From the NCBI GenBank assembly GCA_951406725.2, contig OX597814.1, positions 211,668,001-211,732,000 on the forward strand: 64,000 nucleotides of DNA, written 5' to 3'. Positions 1-14,050 of this stretch are shown one piece after another (the first letter of the stretch is position 1; every line of letters begins with the position of its first letter). The notes below the pieces were generated by a model that was given only the letters and a program-made list of their open reading frames with translations, made no database searches and was not told the DNA's origin. Source of the stretch: Octopus vulgaris. Lineage: Eukaryota. A program made the position numbers and the translations under genes.

Positions 1-487
1 AAAACTGCGCATCCTTCCTAATATACATATCCTTTTCCCAAAATAAATCTGGGTCATTCGTAGTATATTCACTATGAAACACTGAAAAACCTGTGAAAAG
101 AAAGAAAGACATACAAAAATAATTTTATACTTTAAGCAGCCTTATTAAATATAGCTACGATGTGTGAACATGATCGTCAATAATCATAAAGGATTTTCTC
201 TAAAAATTAGTCAGTAATGAAATCACATACACTTACGTAAATACATGCGTGCGTGTGTGAGTATGTGTGTGAGTGTATGTATGTATGTGTGTGTGTGTGT
301 CTGTGTGTCTGGGTGAGTATTCATGCATACGTATGTTTGTGTGGTTATGAGCGTAAGCTTAAGTGACACAGACCATATGTAGGAATAAGTGAAATGTAAT
401 ACAAGTTGTCTATGTTTCAAAGAAACGCGCACACACACACATTTTCACACCTGTGTGTATGTGTTTGTGTGTGTGTGTGTGTACGCG

Positions 488-658
488 CGCGCAGGCGTGG
501 CTGCATGGCGAGAAGCTTCCTTCCAAACCACACTGTTCCGGTTTCAGTCCCACTGCGTGGCATCTTGTGCAAGTGCCTTCTCCTATTGCCGCAGGGTGAC
601 CAAAGCTTTCCCAATGGATTTGGCAGACGGAAACTGAGAGAAGCGTGTCGTATATATA

Positions 659-720
<62 letters not shown>

Positions 721-875
721 TGTGTGTGTGTCTTTTTATGTGTTTTGCCCCCAACACCTTTGCTTGGCACCCGGTGATGGTGTGTTTACATTCACGAAAC
801 AGAAGTTCGGCAAAAAACAATGATACAGTAAGTACCAAGCTTTAAAATAGTAAGCTCTGGTGGCGATACATTCGA
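488..875 (+). mobile_element. tRNA-derived SINE family A (CORE-like), diverged copy
   Basis: Head GCAGGCGTGGCTGCATGG...GGTTTCAGTCCCACTGCGTGGCATCTTG, internal (TA)n, body similar to the copies at 7598 and 26851. Confidence 0.8.
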
Positions 876-1494
876 GCAGCGTATGTTCTCTAATATTTTT
901 AACGTGTTTTTTTATATTGCTTTAATTTTATTTTGGGTTACCTTTATACTTGTTTTATAATATTTATTATCGTTACAGTATTATGATTTTCTGTGTTACG
1001 TGATGTTACTTCATTTTCAGAAATCAGTTTACAAATTCCTTATTAGGATCACGCTACATCTTTCATCATTAAAAGCACTGCTTTCTCTAAAATTTTCACC
1101 CGTCCAAATTACTTTTTTTATACCGTCATACATTCGTAAGAAACTGCTCTAGTGAATTGACATTTGTCCATCAATTTTTACTTAGTTATGCTTAATTCAG
1201 CTATTTCAGAACATGCCCCTCGAGTATTCCGAAGTATATCATTGGCTGTATATTTAATAAAATGTATTTCTGAATAGCTCAAGAGCGGAGTATATACTCA
1301 TTTAAGTCCAATTAACTACAAATATTACCCGAATATCATTCTGCTATTACTTCTGTACAATTTTGGTCTTCATCTATAATTGTGTGTGCATTTTATTCCG
1401 ACCTAACTAGGTGCCTAACCTTTAAGTATCTTGTTCAATTGAATCTTTCTATATTATATACACACACACACACATTTATATACATACATACAAT

Positions 1495-2087
1495 AAGATT
1501 TTATAATAACATATTAACACATTAAGTTATACTAAATATATTATAGTACAGGTAGCCATAGCAATTAAAATAACAAATGCAAAATTAATAAACAAGGATG
1601 CAATATAGCACATAGAAATTGCTAGAAACGAGAACCCAAATTTAACTCATATAACCACCGAAAAGCACTAATCGCATGAAATATTTGGGATCGCGAGTAG
1701 CAAGTCACAGCACCTTTCTTTTGCGAGATACATTCCCAGAATGAAGTAGTGTGGTAAAACATTCTTACGTGATTTCGAAATTTGATTCACAAGATATTGT
1801 TTCTTGTCAGAGGTTTCCACAATTACTCTGGGTTAAGAGATATTCAAAACGGTTAAAATGTATAGTAACATAAACAAGATATTGTAATAATATGTTAATA
1901 TATATTAAACACATTATAATATAGGTGACCATAACAATTAAAACAAAAAATGTAAGATTAATAAATGAGGCTCCAAAATAGCACCTACAATTTCTAGAAA
2001 GGAGAGCCAAAATTTAACTCTAACAGCCATACAAAAAGCAGTAACCTCATGAAATATTCAGGACTGGGAGCAGTAAGCCTCAACATA
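1495..2087. repeat. Old direct duplication (~220-bp units at 1495-1715 and 1872-2087)
   Basis: Collinear shared blocks such as CCATAGCAATTAAAA/CCATAACAATTAAAA, CTAGAAA..AGA.CC.AAATTTAACTC and CATGAAATATT. Confidence 0.65.
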
Positions 2088-2092
2088 TTTCT

Positions 2093-2345
2093 TATTTCTT
2101 TATTACCCACAAGGGGGTAAACACAGAAGGGACAAACAAGGATAGACAAAGGAATTAAGTCGATTATATCGACCCCAGTGCGTAACTGATACTCATTTAA
2201 TCGACCCCGAAAGGATGAAAGGCAATGTCAACCTCGGCAGAATTTGAACTCAGAATGTAACAGCAGAAGAAATACCTACATCTTTACTACCCACAAGGGG
2301 CTAAACACAGAGGAGACAAACAAGGACAGACAGACGGATTAAGAC
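2093..2345 (-). mobile_element. tRNA-derived SINE family B (Meta-domain-like), partial, with a duplicated 3' tail
   Basis: Reverse complement of CCTTTCATCCTTTCGGGGTCGAT..AA and of the tail CCCCTTGTGGGTA.TAAAGA; the tail occurs twice (about 2095 and 2280). Confidence 0.8.
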
Positions 2346-2362
2346 ATTATTCATGTCACTAT

Positions 2363-2620
2363 GGGCATATCACTTAATGGTTAAGAGCGCGGGCTACTAA
2401 CCCCAAGATTCCGTGTTCGATTCCAGGTAGTGACGTGAAAAAAAAAAAAAAATAATAATAATAACAATATCGAAAAATTCATTAGGAAAGAGAACGCAGG
2501 TTCGAAATTTCCCAAAGACACCTGATGAAGGCTGGAGGGTATATCAGCCGAAACGTTGTGTTAACAAAAATCAAGATGAGGACATATCCGTCAAATGTAA
2601 ATAATATAAATAATGTGATC
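2363..2620 (+). mobile_element. tRNA-like head + (A)n(AAT)n + hammerhead-bearing PLE-type 3' end
   Basis: GGGCATAT..TAATGGTTAAGAGCGC...GTTCGATTCC head, A/AAT tract, then a hammerhead. A homologous unit lies on the minus strand at 23561-23800. Confidence 0.75.
2517..2562 (+). ncRNA. Minimal type I hammerhead ribozyme
   Basis: Stem I GACAC/GTGTT; core CTGATGA (2522-2528) plus an extra A; stem II GGCTG/CAGCC; GAAAC (2550-2554); palindromic AACGTT stem III; predicted cleavage triplet GUU. Confidence 0.75.
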
Positions 2621-2959
2621 TTCTATTAGTTTCGAACTTTAGAGATACATTAAATTTGAAGATGTATATAGCATGCCATGCATCTGCAAGCAAGTTTTCA
2701 TACTCAGTTGTATGTTAGCTATATATTTTAAAAACCTGACACTGGTCTGTGACGAAAAATTAGAAAAAACGGGATGAAAAATCCGAAATCAAAGAAAAAC
2801 GCGAAAAGGCTTGATACAAAAATTGAGGAGCGAAAAAAGAACATTTGTGTAAGAAGACCATATATTCCTCTTGTTTTTATTTAGGAACCATAATTAAACT
2901 ACTTTGTGCAGAATAAGATTACAGGAAAGAGGCCAAAATGTGTGAGATAGCTACTCACT

Positions 2960-4240
2960 CTGGAGCGGGTGGTCTTTTCCAGTTCGGCAAAATGAAACTC
3001 TTCCATGTATTTGGATTTTAAAAAATATTTCTGCCCTGGAATTCAGTAATGCTTTGGAATTATTGAACCTAAAATAATGTATGATCTTTCAGCTACGCAT
3101 ATCTTGTATCTCTATGGTCCATTTATATATGGAATAGATTTCTCTACCATTTTCTACATGATTGTATGTGGTACACAGTTCATTTTCAGGTTCCATACAT
3201 GTATTTGCAACTTACGTGCCTTATTTTTTGTCTATGCGTATGAATGAACACTGATGGTTTGAATAAAGGCTTTAACAATATCATTCACCCAAAAAAATGT
3301 CATTTTCCATTTACATTATGTTGCCTTGAAGCACTGCTCTAACTTCTGCTTCTTAAACAACTGTATCACTCAAACACTTCTGATAAAGCAGGCAAGCTTC
3401 ATGCTTTTGAGAGTTACAGCTAGGAATGGGCTTCTGATGTGAGTTACGATTGATAATGTCCATTATATTGGGGCGCAGCTGTTGGAAAGTGAGAATCAAT
3501 TAAAAATCTTCCTGTTTTTGTGGTGTATTGGCAAATAATTGTTTAGAAATGTCATTTATGACACATAGTTCGAACGCTGCCATAGTAGGGGGCTGCTTTA
3601 GCAAACATTTCATTTGAAAAAATAAATTAGATAACCTATTATGAGGTTTTTAACAACTATAGGGGATGCCAAGACAGGTTTTTTTTTTATATATGTGTTT
3701 ATAAGAGTGTGAGTTAAGCCTAAGGAAGCATCTCAAAATTAAATTTGAACAGTTTAGTAGAAAATAATTTTCAGGCCTACTAAGGGTATAAAAGTGCTTT
3801 TCTTTGATTTATCTAGTATATATTCATAATGCACGTAAGTTATGGCCAAACCATCTTGACAATATAAGCCAATGTAATGGGTTGGGAACTTACATCTTAA
3901 AGTGTCTAGTATACAGACGTTCAATATCATGGATGTCTGCATTGTTATGCAATCCCATCGATACTTCAAGCATCGGATCTTTTAACCCATGCCGAGTCGT
4001 TATTGTATAGAAGGTGCTTTTTATGCGCATTCATGTTAAGTTCAAGGTCTATGTGATCAATATTAACTTATGTTTTTGTAGATAATCGGGGGATAATCAA
4101 TGTCAAACTGTAAATCTAGCTCTATGCTTATCTTTTAGATTCCTAAACCAATTTATGAGAATGCTGCAATTTGCTCCTTGTGGTCTGGTAGTCTTCCTAA
4201 TTCTGATATTAATATTCCTAAGTATTTATTTAGCTACTAA
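2960..4240 (-). pseudogene. Penelope-like element RT + GIY-YIG relic
   Basis: Minus-strand peptides LLYNNDSAWVKRSD, IGLYCQDGLA (from GLYRDDGL) and HVWNLK...EKSIPYING..YKICVAE (PLE C-terminus); many stops and frameshifts. Confidence 0.7.
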
Positions 4241-4276
4241 ACCTATTTCAGTTTCGCTGGGTTTAAAATTCTACAA

Positions 4277-4400
4277 GTGGCCTTACTCCTGATATTATGT
4301 CTCAGCAAGGGCTCTGCATGTGTCAAAAGATCCGATACGGATGAATTGTTTGATGTATCCATGGGATGTTTTGAGATATCAGACATAATAAATAAATGCC
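4277..4400 (+). pseudogene. Inverted PLE RT fragment
   Basis: ACVKRSDTDELFDVSMGCF resembles the PLE RT WVKK...FDVTMG motif; same region as the minus-strand piece at about 3950-4010. Confidence 0.6.
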
Positions 4401-5387
4401 TGAGACGAAAATTCAACCCAAAAATATCCAGCGGGAGAGCCAGTTGCATTTCGCAAGTTTTTAGCTTTTCACGCGCACATACACGCAGACACTTTGAAAC
4501 GTAGGCGAGTATTCGTATAGGCGAGTAGTATTCCTATATGGGAAACTTGAATAGAACTTTCTGTGATGTAGTGCATAGACACTATCTGATTAAAAATCTG
4601 CAAGTCGTACACACATGCAAAGATACTCCGCATCCACACACACACATATCTTCCTCACGTATTTATGTATTTAAAGAACGAACTAAATAAAAATCACATC
4701 GAAACATTTCTTAAATATGACTTGTAATGTAGAAATTAAAAAGACATATGCATTTTTTTTATTGCACTTAAAGATTGGCTAAAACAATTTTTGCGTATCT
4801 CTATTCTCTTGGTTATCCTTACAAATGCTTTCGCATTTTTCCTATGCCTGTACTGCACTTGCGATTTCTTTAAAGTGCCCTTTTTCATGTTTCTTGTGAT
4901 GTACTACGAACGTTGCTAAAATATTTTTTTTTCAATTCCCATTTTTGTTACTTAATTCGATTAAATTGTAAATATCGATTGAATACTACAATACACGTGA
5001 AGGAATGATAATTCAAACTAAACTATTGATCAACAAAAGTTTTTAACTAGAGCATGAAACCAGCCTGAGTGTACAACAGAAATGCATTTCACTGTATTTT
5101 AAGTATCTGTGCAAACCTAACCATGTGAAAAGGACAAATAGGGCAAGCGACTGCATTTGAAACATCCTCATTCATTCCTGTTTAGTTAGTATTTCCTTCC
5201 GTTCTCTACTCTCTTCCTCAATATATTATCTCTTACGTTTCATTTCATAAATATACCTGAGTGAATGTGTGTATGTGCGTGTGTGCGTGTGTCTGTGTGT
5301 ATATGCATGTCTTTGTGCATGTATATGTGCGTATCTCTGCCTATGCGCACGCATGTATGAGTATATGCGCATTCATATGTGAGTTTA

Positions 5388-6344
<957 letters not shown>

Positions 6345-6620
6345 GTATATATTAATGTATCCGGGAAGAGTCATTCCCTTTTAGTACATTATAATTTAAT
6401 AGACTCAGTACTAAAAGTTCCACTTATTTCCTTCTTTACATTTCTACACTTTTATTTGCATCTTGCAACTTTTTCAATAGTTTTTACTCAAAACTATTGA
6501 AATGTTTGCAAGACGCAACGAAAATTTTTTTAAAATAAAGAAGGAAATTAGTGGAAATATTTACCGGTGACTGTATTAAATTATGAGGAACTAAAAGAGA
6601 ATGACGCTCCCTAGACACAT

Positions 6621-6683
<63 letters not shown>

Positions 6684-6879
6684 GTACATATATGTATGTG
6701 TGTACTTATATGTAAATACGATATACGTACGTGTGTATATATGTATAAAGGTTTTTTTCTATGTGTAAAATAACTTCTCAGCCAATAATATTCAATTGTT
6801 ATATAGATATATAAAAATAATGATATTGATAATGTAGCGGATATCCTGCGTTGTTCGGGATTAATATGGTATAGTTTTT

Positions 6880-7090
6880 ACTTTTATTCTTTTACCTTTT
6901 CAGTCATTTGAGTGCAACCATGCTGGATAAACGCCTTTGTTCGAGTAAATCTACCCTAAGAGTTATTCTTTGTAAGTCCAGTACTTATTCTATCAGTGTT
7001 TATTGCCATATCGCTAGGGTACGCGGACGTATACACACAAACATCGGTTGTCAACGGATGTTGGGACTAAAAGCACAGACACACACACAA
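6880..7090 (-). mobile_element. SINE family A, 3' half, diverged
   Basis: TTTCAGTCATTTGAGTGCAACCATGCTGGA...AGTACTTATTCTATC...CATCGGTTGTCAA match family A. Confidence 0.75.
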
Positions 7091-7247
7091 ATATATTCAT
7101 GTATTTATGCATATATATAAATATATATATATGCGTGTGTGTGTATGTATGTATATACGTATATAGATGGATATATATATATATATATATATATCTGTGT
7201 GTATATGTCTGTATACGCATATATGTACATATGTGTGTATGTATATG

Positions 7248-7302
<55 letters not shown>

Positions 7303-7597
7303 GGCTAATTCATAAACTCGGAATATAACTTGTAATCAGAAATTAATGTGCGTGAGTTGAAGAGTGAAAGAGGGAGAGTGATAGAAAAAAAAAGAAGCAT
7401 CACAGACTAACAGTGAGGAACTCTTAGAGATGTTAAGGGAGAATATGTTTAAGTAAGAGAAACAGAGAATGAGAAAAAGAAAGAGAAGACATAAAGAAAC
7501 ATATATTAAAGAAGGAGAGTATCGGTTGAAAACTTTAGAAGTACATACGTACGGCACACGTCCACACACACATACGTCCTTTGTTTCATATATATAT

Positions 7598-8007
7598 ACT
7601 CTTTTACTCTTTTACTTGTTTCAGTCATTTGACTGCGGCCATGCTGGAGCACCGCGTTTAGTCGAGAAAATCGACCCCGGGACTTATTCTTTGTAAGCCC
7701 AGTACTTATTCTATCGGTCTCTTTTGCCGAACCACTAAGTGACGGGGATGTAAACACGCCAGCATCGGTTGTCAAGCAATGCTAGAGGGACAAACACAAA
7801 CACAAACATACACACACACATACATATATATATATACATATATACGACAGGCTTCTTTCAGTTTCCATCTACCAAATCCACTCACAAGGCTTTGGTCGGC
7901 CCGAGGCTATAGCAGAAGACACTTGCCCAAGATGCCACGTAGTGGGAATGAACCCGGAACCATGTGGTTGGTTAGCAAGCTACTTACCACACATCCACTC
8001 CTGCGCC
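7598..8007 (-). mobile_element. SINE family A, full-length uninterrupted copy
   Basis: Head GGCGCAGGAGTGG.TGTGTGGTAAGTAGCTTGCTAACC...GGTTCATTCCC, CTTGGGCAAGTG core-like block and (GAGTAAAA)n tail. It carries a single copy of the 17-bp target sequence at 7969-7985. Confidence 0.92.
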
Positions 8008-8149
8008 TATACTCCTATACTCATCATATATATAGATATTATATAGAGCAAAATACATTAGCATAAAATTACTTTTCAGAAAGATTCGATTACAAAAAGC
8101 TGAAATATAAATTTATAGAAGTTTAAATCTAAAATCCCACCCCAAAATA

Positions 8150-9130
8150 ATATATAGATGGCACTAACTCAATAGTGCTGGTCACCCATAAATGATCTAA
8201 CCAGACCCCAAGTAAATTAAACGTTCCTATTGTCTAGCGTCCCACATCATTAATTACTGGCATGCTCGTGCGTCTCCAGATGATGAAATGTCAGCCCATT
8301 GATGGATAAAGTATCCGATAAGTAACCATTCACCGAATTACCTAGCTGATGTCATAGTACATTGCAACAATTGAGGCACAGAAGATTTGACGAAATCAAC
8401 AGTAGTTAGAAAGCCGCCAATTGTTGGTAATGGACCACATCGAAGGCAATTTAATTGATCGAAGTTGATCAGGGCCCCACCAGTGCCAGGTACTTTACCT
8501 ATCCTGTCTATGAGGTATCACATGAAATGTAGGTTCTTGTAGATAGGTCTACTTGAAATAACTCATACTTGCGCAACGCCAGTTCTTCGACAACAACTGC
8601 CATCCATTTCGTTAACACTTAAAGCTAAATTCTGAAATCTGCGTTCCTTATTGTTATGAGCCTGAAATTATATATTTGATCCAACTTGTTTGAGTCTTTA
8701 CTTAGCAGTACAACGGATACTCGAGTACGCTTGTGCCTCTTGTGGTAGATATTTGGAAAACACCCCTGTCATTACTGCTCCCCTCCAGGAGCACAAACTT
8801 TCCCTCTGTGTCAAGAAAATGAGGGTTATTTTGAGATCCAGACCTTTGAAACAACACCGCAGTCCCGACGCCCTTATACCCGATTGGTATGGAGACAATC
8901 AAGTATCATGTCCATGAAAAATTGGCATTAATGCCTTGTCTAAAAACATACAACTCCAATATATAGTGACCTGAGGTCATTGAGTAGTCCATAAGAATTT
9001 ATACTGCCTGTTAGAAGCACGGCCTTGTTTAACAGAGAAAAGGAGAGTGAAGAGAATCACTTACCCTATCTTGATGGAGATGGCGATGATTCCACCCTTT
9101 TTCTCATTGTCCTTCTTTCGTGGCCCTCCT
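8150..9130 (-). pseudogene. Tx1/L1-clade non-LTR retrotransposon ORF2 (RT) relic
   Basis: Minus-strand peptides LHFM*YLIDRIGKVPGTGGALINFDQ (from the LD.SKAFDRV region), WRRTSMPSN and GR*TIGTFNLLGVWLD; locally higher GC. Confidence 0.7.
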
Positions 9131-9809
9131 CATGTGCACGAAAGTTTGTGTTTGTGTAGTCGATCATTGAAAAATAAACTCTGATTATAACAAATATGGC
9201 AAACCTCGTGTATATATTTTATTTCATATGTGATTCAGAGTAAAAGTGTTGCGACACGAAATATGGGTTTAATTGCTTTCAGCACGGTCACACGAGCGTT
9301 AAATAATTCGATCTCTTCTATTATATTACAATACTCATCAGCGTAAATGCACGTCTACATTGATGTCCAATTGCCAAAATAAGCGACGAATTTTACATAA
9401 AAATTGCGTCTATCATCTTAATCGGAAATGTTGTGAGTCTGAATTATTGTAAGTCGACCGTGTAAAGACGTAAGGATGAAGCTTTTCACACAGATATAAA
9501 TATGACTAACCGACACTGAAAATTAAACCGATTAACACCACCAAGAATGTATGAATAGCCAATGTACATGACAAAAAGAAAAAAATAATATGCAATAATT
9601 TTGTCCAAAAATAGTATTTGAACAGCATTGCTTACAGACATACAAACAGAAATCACAATTTGATGAAAATCGCACATAATAAGAACATGAAATAATACAA
9701 AAACAAGAGAAATAAACGATTGGTATTATCTACCTATATAGACTGACATCTCCGCGTTAAACACTGTGAAGAAACGAGAGCAAAGTACTTCTAGCACAAA
9801 ATACAGAAC

Positions 9810-10160
9810 TAAATTATCAAATCAATAACACTTAAACACACCACAAATCTATCTAAACCAATTACAATGAAGTTAGAGAAGCTCTTAGAAACCTAAACAT
9901 TATGAAACAAGTGACTTTCATAGCTATACATAGTTCTAGACGTAAAGATGGAATTTGGAAATCGTATAACGTAGAGCATGACAAATGAAATACTGCTGAG
10001 AGCTTGATGACGTAAACATACTTAAGCATTCGGTACTGACTTTAAATAAACTTTACAAATAATAGAGAATTGCAATGCATTAGAAATGCAAATCATGCAA
10101 ATAATATCAGCCACAAAATTTAAACCAAAACGAATATTTGCATTGATAAATTTAACAATT
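9810..10160 (-). pseudogene. Possible decayed rhodopsin-class GPCR (TM1-TM3)
   Basis: One frame of about 117 codons with 2 stops: IICMICISNALQFSII...LKSVPNA*VCLRHQALSS...YSYESHLF..SNFIVIGLDRFVVC, with class-A-like spacing. Confidence 0.4.
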
Positions 10161-13100
10161 TACTTCTGCATGGATAACACAAATTATACGGCAGGTTATT
10201 CCATATAAGTTTGAGAGGCGACCTAAAGTTCAAATATATCAAAATTATACTCATATTGCAAGAATAACAATTAAAACATTACGAGAATTAAATATATTCT
10301 TAAAATGAGTAAGAGAGATAATGCCTACATTTTCAACAGCTAAATATTCAAATAAATATATGAGCAAAAGGACATGTGGGACATTTCTTAAGTTCTACTG
10401 AAACTTTTGTACACATTCCAATAATACTTGACCTTCTTCTTGAGGTACACTTGACTCACAGGCTGTTGAATAAAAAGAATTCCTTACACACGTAAAATCA
10501 AGTAAAAGCAATGGAAAAGTTCTAAAACTGTCGTGTATATGACTAATTGGAGATAAATCCAGATACTTATAATTTAAGCTGTTTTTTTTTGCTTTGTTTA
10601 TGTTTGTCGAATATACTGAAGCGTTAATGAAAAAGAATAATCTCAATGGGGCAAGAAGATAGAATGTTTGAAATTACAATGAATTAAAAGAAAATAGCAA
10701 TATGCTACAACAAAGTGTGCCTGTTCCACGCGAACTATAGTGACAACTTTCTGCAGGTTTGTTTCTATTTGTATCGCAGTAGAGAAACAGTGATAAATAA
10801 TATGTATTGCAGTTTTAAATGAATGCATATGAATATCAACCTAAATAACGGCCCAAATATTTGAATCAACTGAATACGCACTTATACACCATAATTGTTT
10901 GACGTCTTCAAGAGACTCAGTAATTTATAATATAGACACAAACATGAAACTCAAACTTTAGTATATTAAAACGATTTATCCTGAAAATCCTCATACACAT
11001 GGCATTTTGGTAAAATTACCACAATATTCTTCAGGAACCAGCCTTTCTAAACCTCTATCTATATCAATAACAGAGGAAACATCCTCCAACATATCAGACA
11101 TGAATAACCCGGTGACTTCAGCCCACCATTCGAAAGTCGCAGGGTACTTTTAAAGCATTAAATTTCCTTAATGATTCCCATCAGAGTTTTATTGAATAAA
11201 TATGTATTTATTTTTGTATTTATACATTTGACATTCCTATGCAGAAATTTTGCTTCAATTTTACATATTTTGAAACTAATTACCATTTTCGGAATATGAT
11301 CTTAAATTAATACCCAAAAGAGTTTCTCTAATTCATACATTTATCGAATCATATTTGTCATCTGTTGTGACTGTTGGTAATGCTGCTTTTAAAAAATGCC
11401 AAACATTTGTATCAAGATCATCACAGAACATCTAATACTTTTCCTATATTCATTTGATCTCTATGTTAATTTGCCTGTGTAACCAAAGCTGAAAATATTA
11501 CTCCACAACACTTTGCTAAAGAAACAATTAGATATTTGCATTCCACTCTGTTAATGACCGGATATAAATTATTTCGTATGATAGAAACACCATCTGAGTA
11601 TATCTCACTTTACAATATTTTGAAATTGAATTTCTATTCAAAAATGTTCTCTGTATTTAAGGATGTTATACCAAACTACACAAGTGGATCGTGTTAAATG
11701 ATATCGATGAAATATTTGTCAATTCTTTGTTCAAAAGATCCCCGGTATTCTTTTGTATTTATTCTCAAATATTTGATATTGTAAATTGCGCTTAGATTTT
11801 ACATTATATCACTAAAATTATTGAATGAAAAACACTTTCTTTTTCGTTTTCCTAATGTGTAGCATTCCTTAACGGAAGCAATGAATAAATCCGTTTGCTT
11901 GACAGTATTCCAATTTCTTCCATTAAGTGTTAATTTAAAACGGCTAATGAATCAAAACAAAATTATCAATGAATTCCATTAGTAGCGGAGTATACTCTTA
12001 CGAAGATGAATATTTAACTTCATGATTCCTTTCTGATTGTGAAATATATATGATATTACACCCTACTGATTAAAAAAAATATAGTTAGAGCATATTTACA
12101 TTCAAGGTCGATCTAACACTGGATTAAAAGATCCGAATAATTGCACTTTTGCTGCAATCATAGACTTTTACCTAATATTCAAACACGTTTTTACAGAACA
12201 TTAAATATTATCATCATGATCAAATTAATAACATTGAATTTTCTTTACAAAAGATTCGCTTCAAGAGCCTGATGAATAATAAAATTCCCCATATCGTTAA
12301 TATTAGGGAAAATATACAATAGGAAACATAAGTAATATTACACAAAATTGCTATATTTAGTAATATGGTTTATAGTTTTATTTTCCGAAACACAAAAATA
12401 ATGAAAAGAAGAATGAAAAACAGAGATGCGAAAATATTTTATTTCTCTCGGCTATTTTTATTGTGTGTGCTCGAGGCATATACAACTTCTTTTGAAGTAT
12501 TCATTCAGATTAAACAGATAAAAATGTCAGAAATATTGGTAGGTACAATATATTATATTGAAATCCACTGCTATGTTTTCAAAATTCATTTATGTCTCGG
12601 TAAACTTTAACTTTTTAAACAATTTTTGAAGTGACGTTATTCAGATAAGCTATATTCTCTTGTACATCCAATTAAGGAAAGTTTTATGCATAAACCACTG
12701 ACATCGCCCAACTAGATTGCAAATTAAAACAGCTTTCTTATTGCTTCCGTGTACAATATAAACTTGATTTCTTTAAGTATGATTTGATTATATACTGCCT
12801 CTAAATGTTCAAAACTTTTGTATATCATGCTTGTTGTGATTACGGCTTAACACAAATTAATTACAAACGAAGACATTTGTTATTTTTATATTTTAGCACT
12901 TATGAAACAAATATGAATTCAAAAGAAACTTACCGGGCTTTTAAGTGTGTTATTCAAGGGAATATGATAAGTGCCGTCGAAAAAAAAAACGATATTTCTA
13001 CAGAGTCTTTAAGGTAAGGTGGCGTGTTAGAACAACAGCATTTGCTTTAATTCTAATCTCATTATAATAAGGGTCTTCTGAATCAGCTTTTATAAAAATG

Positions 13101-13859
13101 GAGATAAAATGACGAATTTTGCAGCGATTTTAATCATAGATGCACTGAATGAAAACCGAAATGAATTTGAGCGATAGCAATCTGAATCAAGTAAGTAGTC
13201 GAGCTAATGACCTAGCTTCGATGTACTCACCCAACCAGCTAGATATATCAACAATTTTCCTCGGAATAACACCCCGTTACCATACACAATGAACGACATG
13301 TTGGATAAACCAAAGTTTATTATACAGGATGTAGTAATGAATGAATTTAAGATACAGTTACAAACACTTTCTGCATGTATTGGCTTCATAAGCTTCTGGT
13401 TTTGGTTAGACGCGATCACTTATGTTTGTATGACGCATACTCACTAAATGTGGTTCCTGACAGATGAGTCTGTAATAAATTTCTCAGAAGCCTGCTAAGA
13501 TTCCTAAATATCAACATACGTTGTGCTCTCAGTCTGTTAGTCACTCTTACTTTAAAACATTTAATACCAAAAATAAAATTATTTGACTCAAAAATTTCCT
13601 TATGTAATAAGGAAAATAAGTAATAAACAAAATAAGATATATAAAGTAGCGATAAACCGTCCTGACGGGTTTTCAACCGATAAGATATATTAACTATTGA
13701 ATGACAGGATTGTATTCTCTTAGTTGTGATACCCATTTAAAATGAAAGAAATAATGTTACAGTTGTCACTCACAAAGGTTATGCAGATTAACATCCACCA
13801 TATTTTAGCTAATTCAGTTAGGTATGTATGTAGTCGTGCACATACATATACAGCCTCTC

Positions 13860-14050
13860 GGCTTTCCTTAGCATGTCAAGAATAACATGAAGTATAGCTC
13901 AGCAGGGAAGAGATGAATGCAGCGTCTCACATTTATTTGAGAGGACTGGAGCAAAGTGTTATGAAGTGAACTGTTTACGAATACAATGCACCACCCGCAC
14001 GCCCAGATATTGAATCTATACCTGTGTATTATGACATCAACACCCTCAAA
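13860..14050 (-). mobile_element. Highly diverged tRNA-SINE relic
   Basis: GGACTGGAGCAA..GT...ATGAAGTG...ACAATGCACCACCCG resembles the reversed SINE bodies at 38803 and 40120. Confidence 0.45.

Noticed and set aside
7469-8066. Recurrent ORFs such as RQASFSFRLPNPLTR and MTTDAGVFTSPSL in several places
   Set aside because: Incidental reading frames of SINE family A; the similarity reflects repeat copies.
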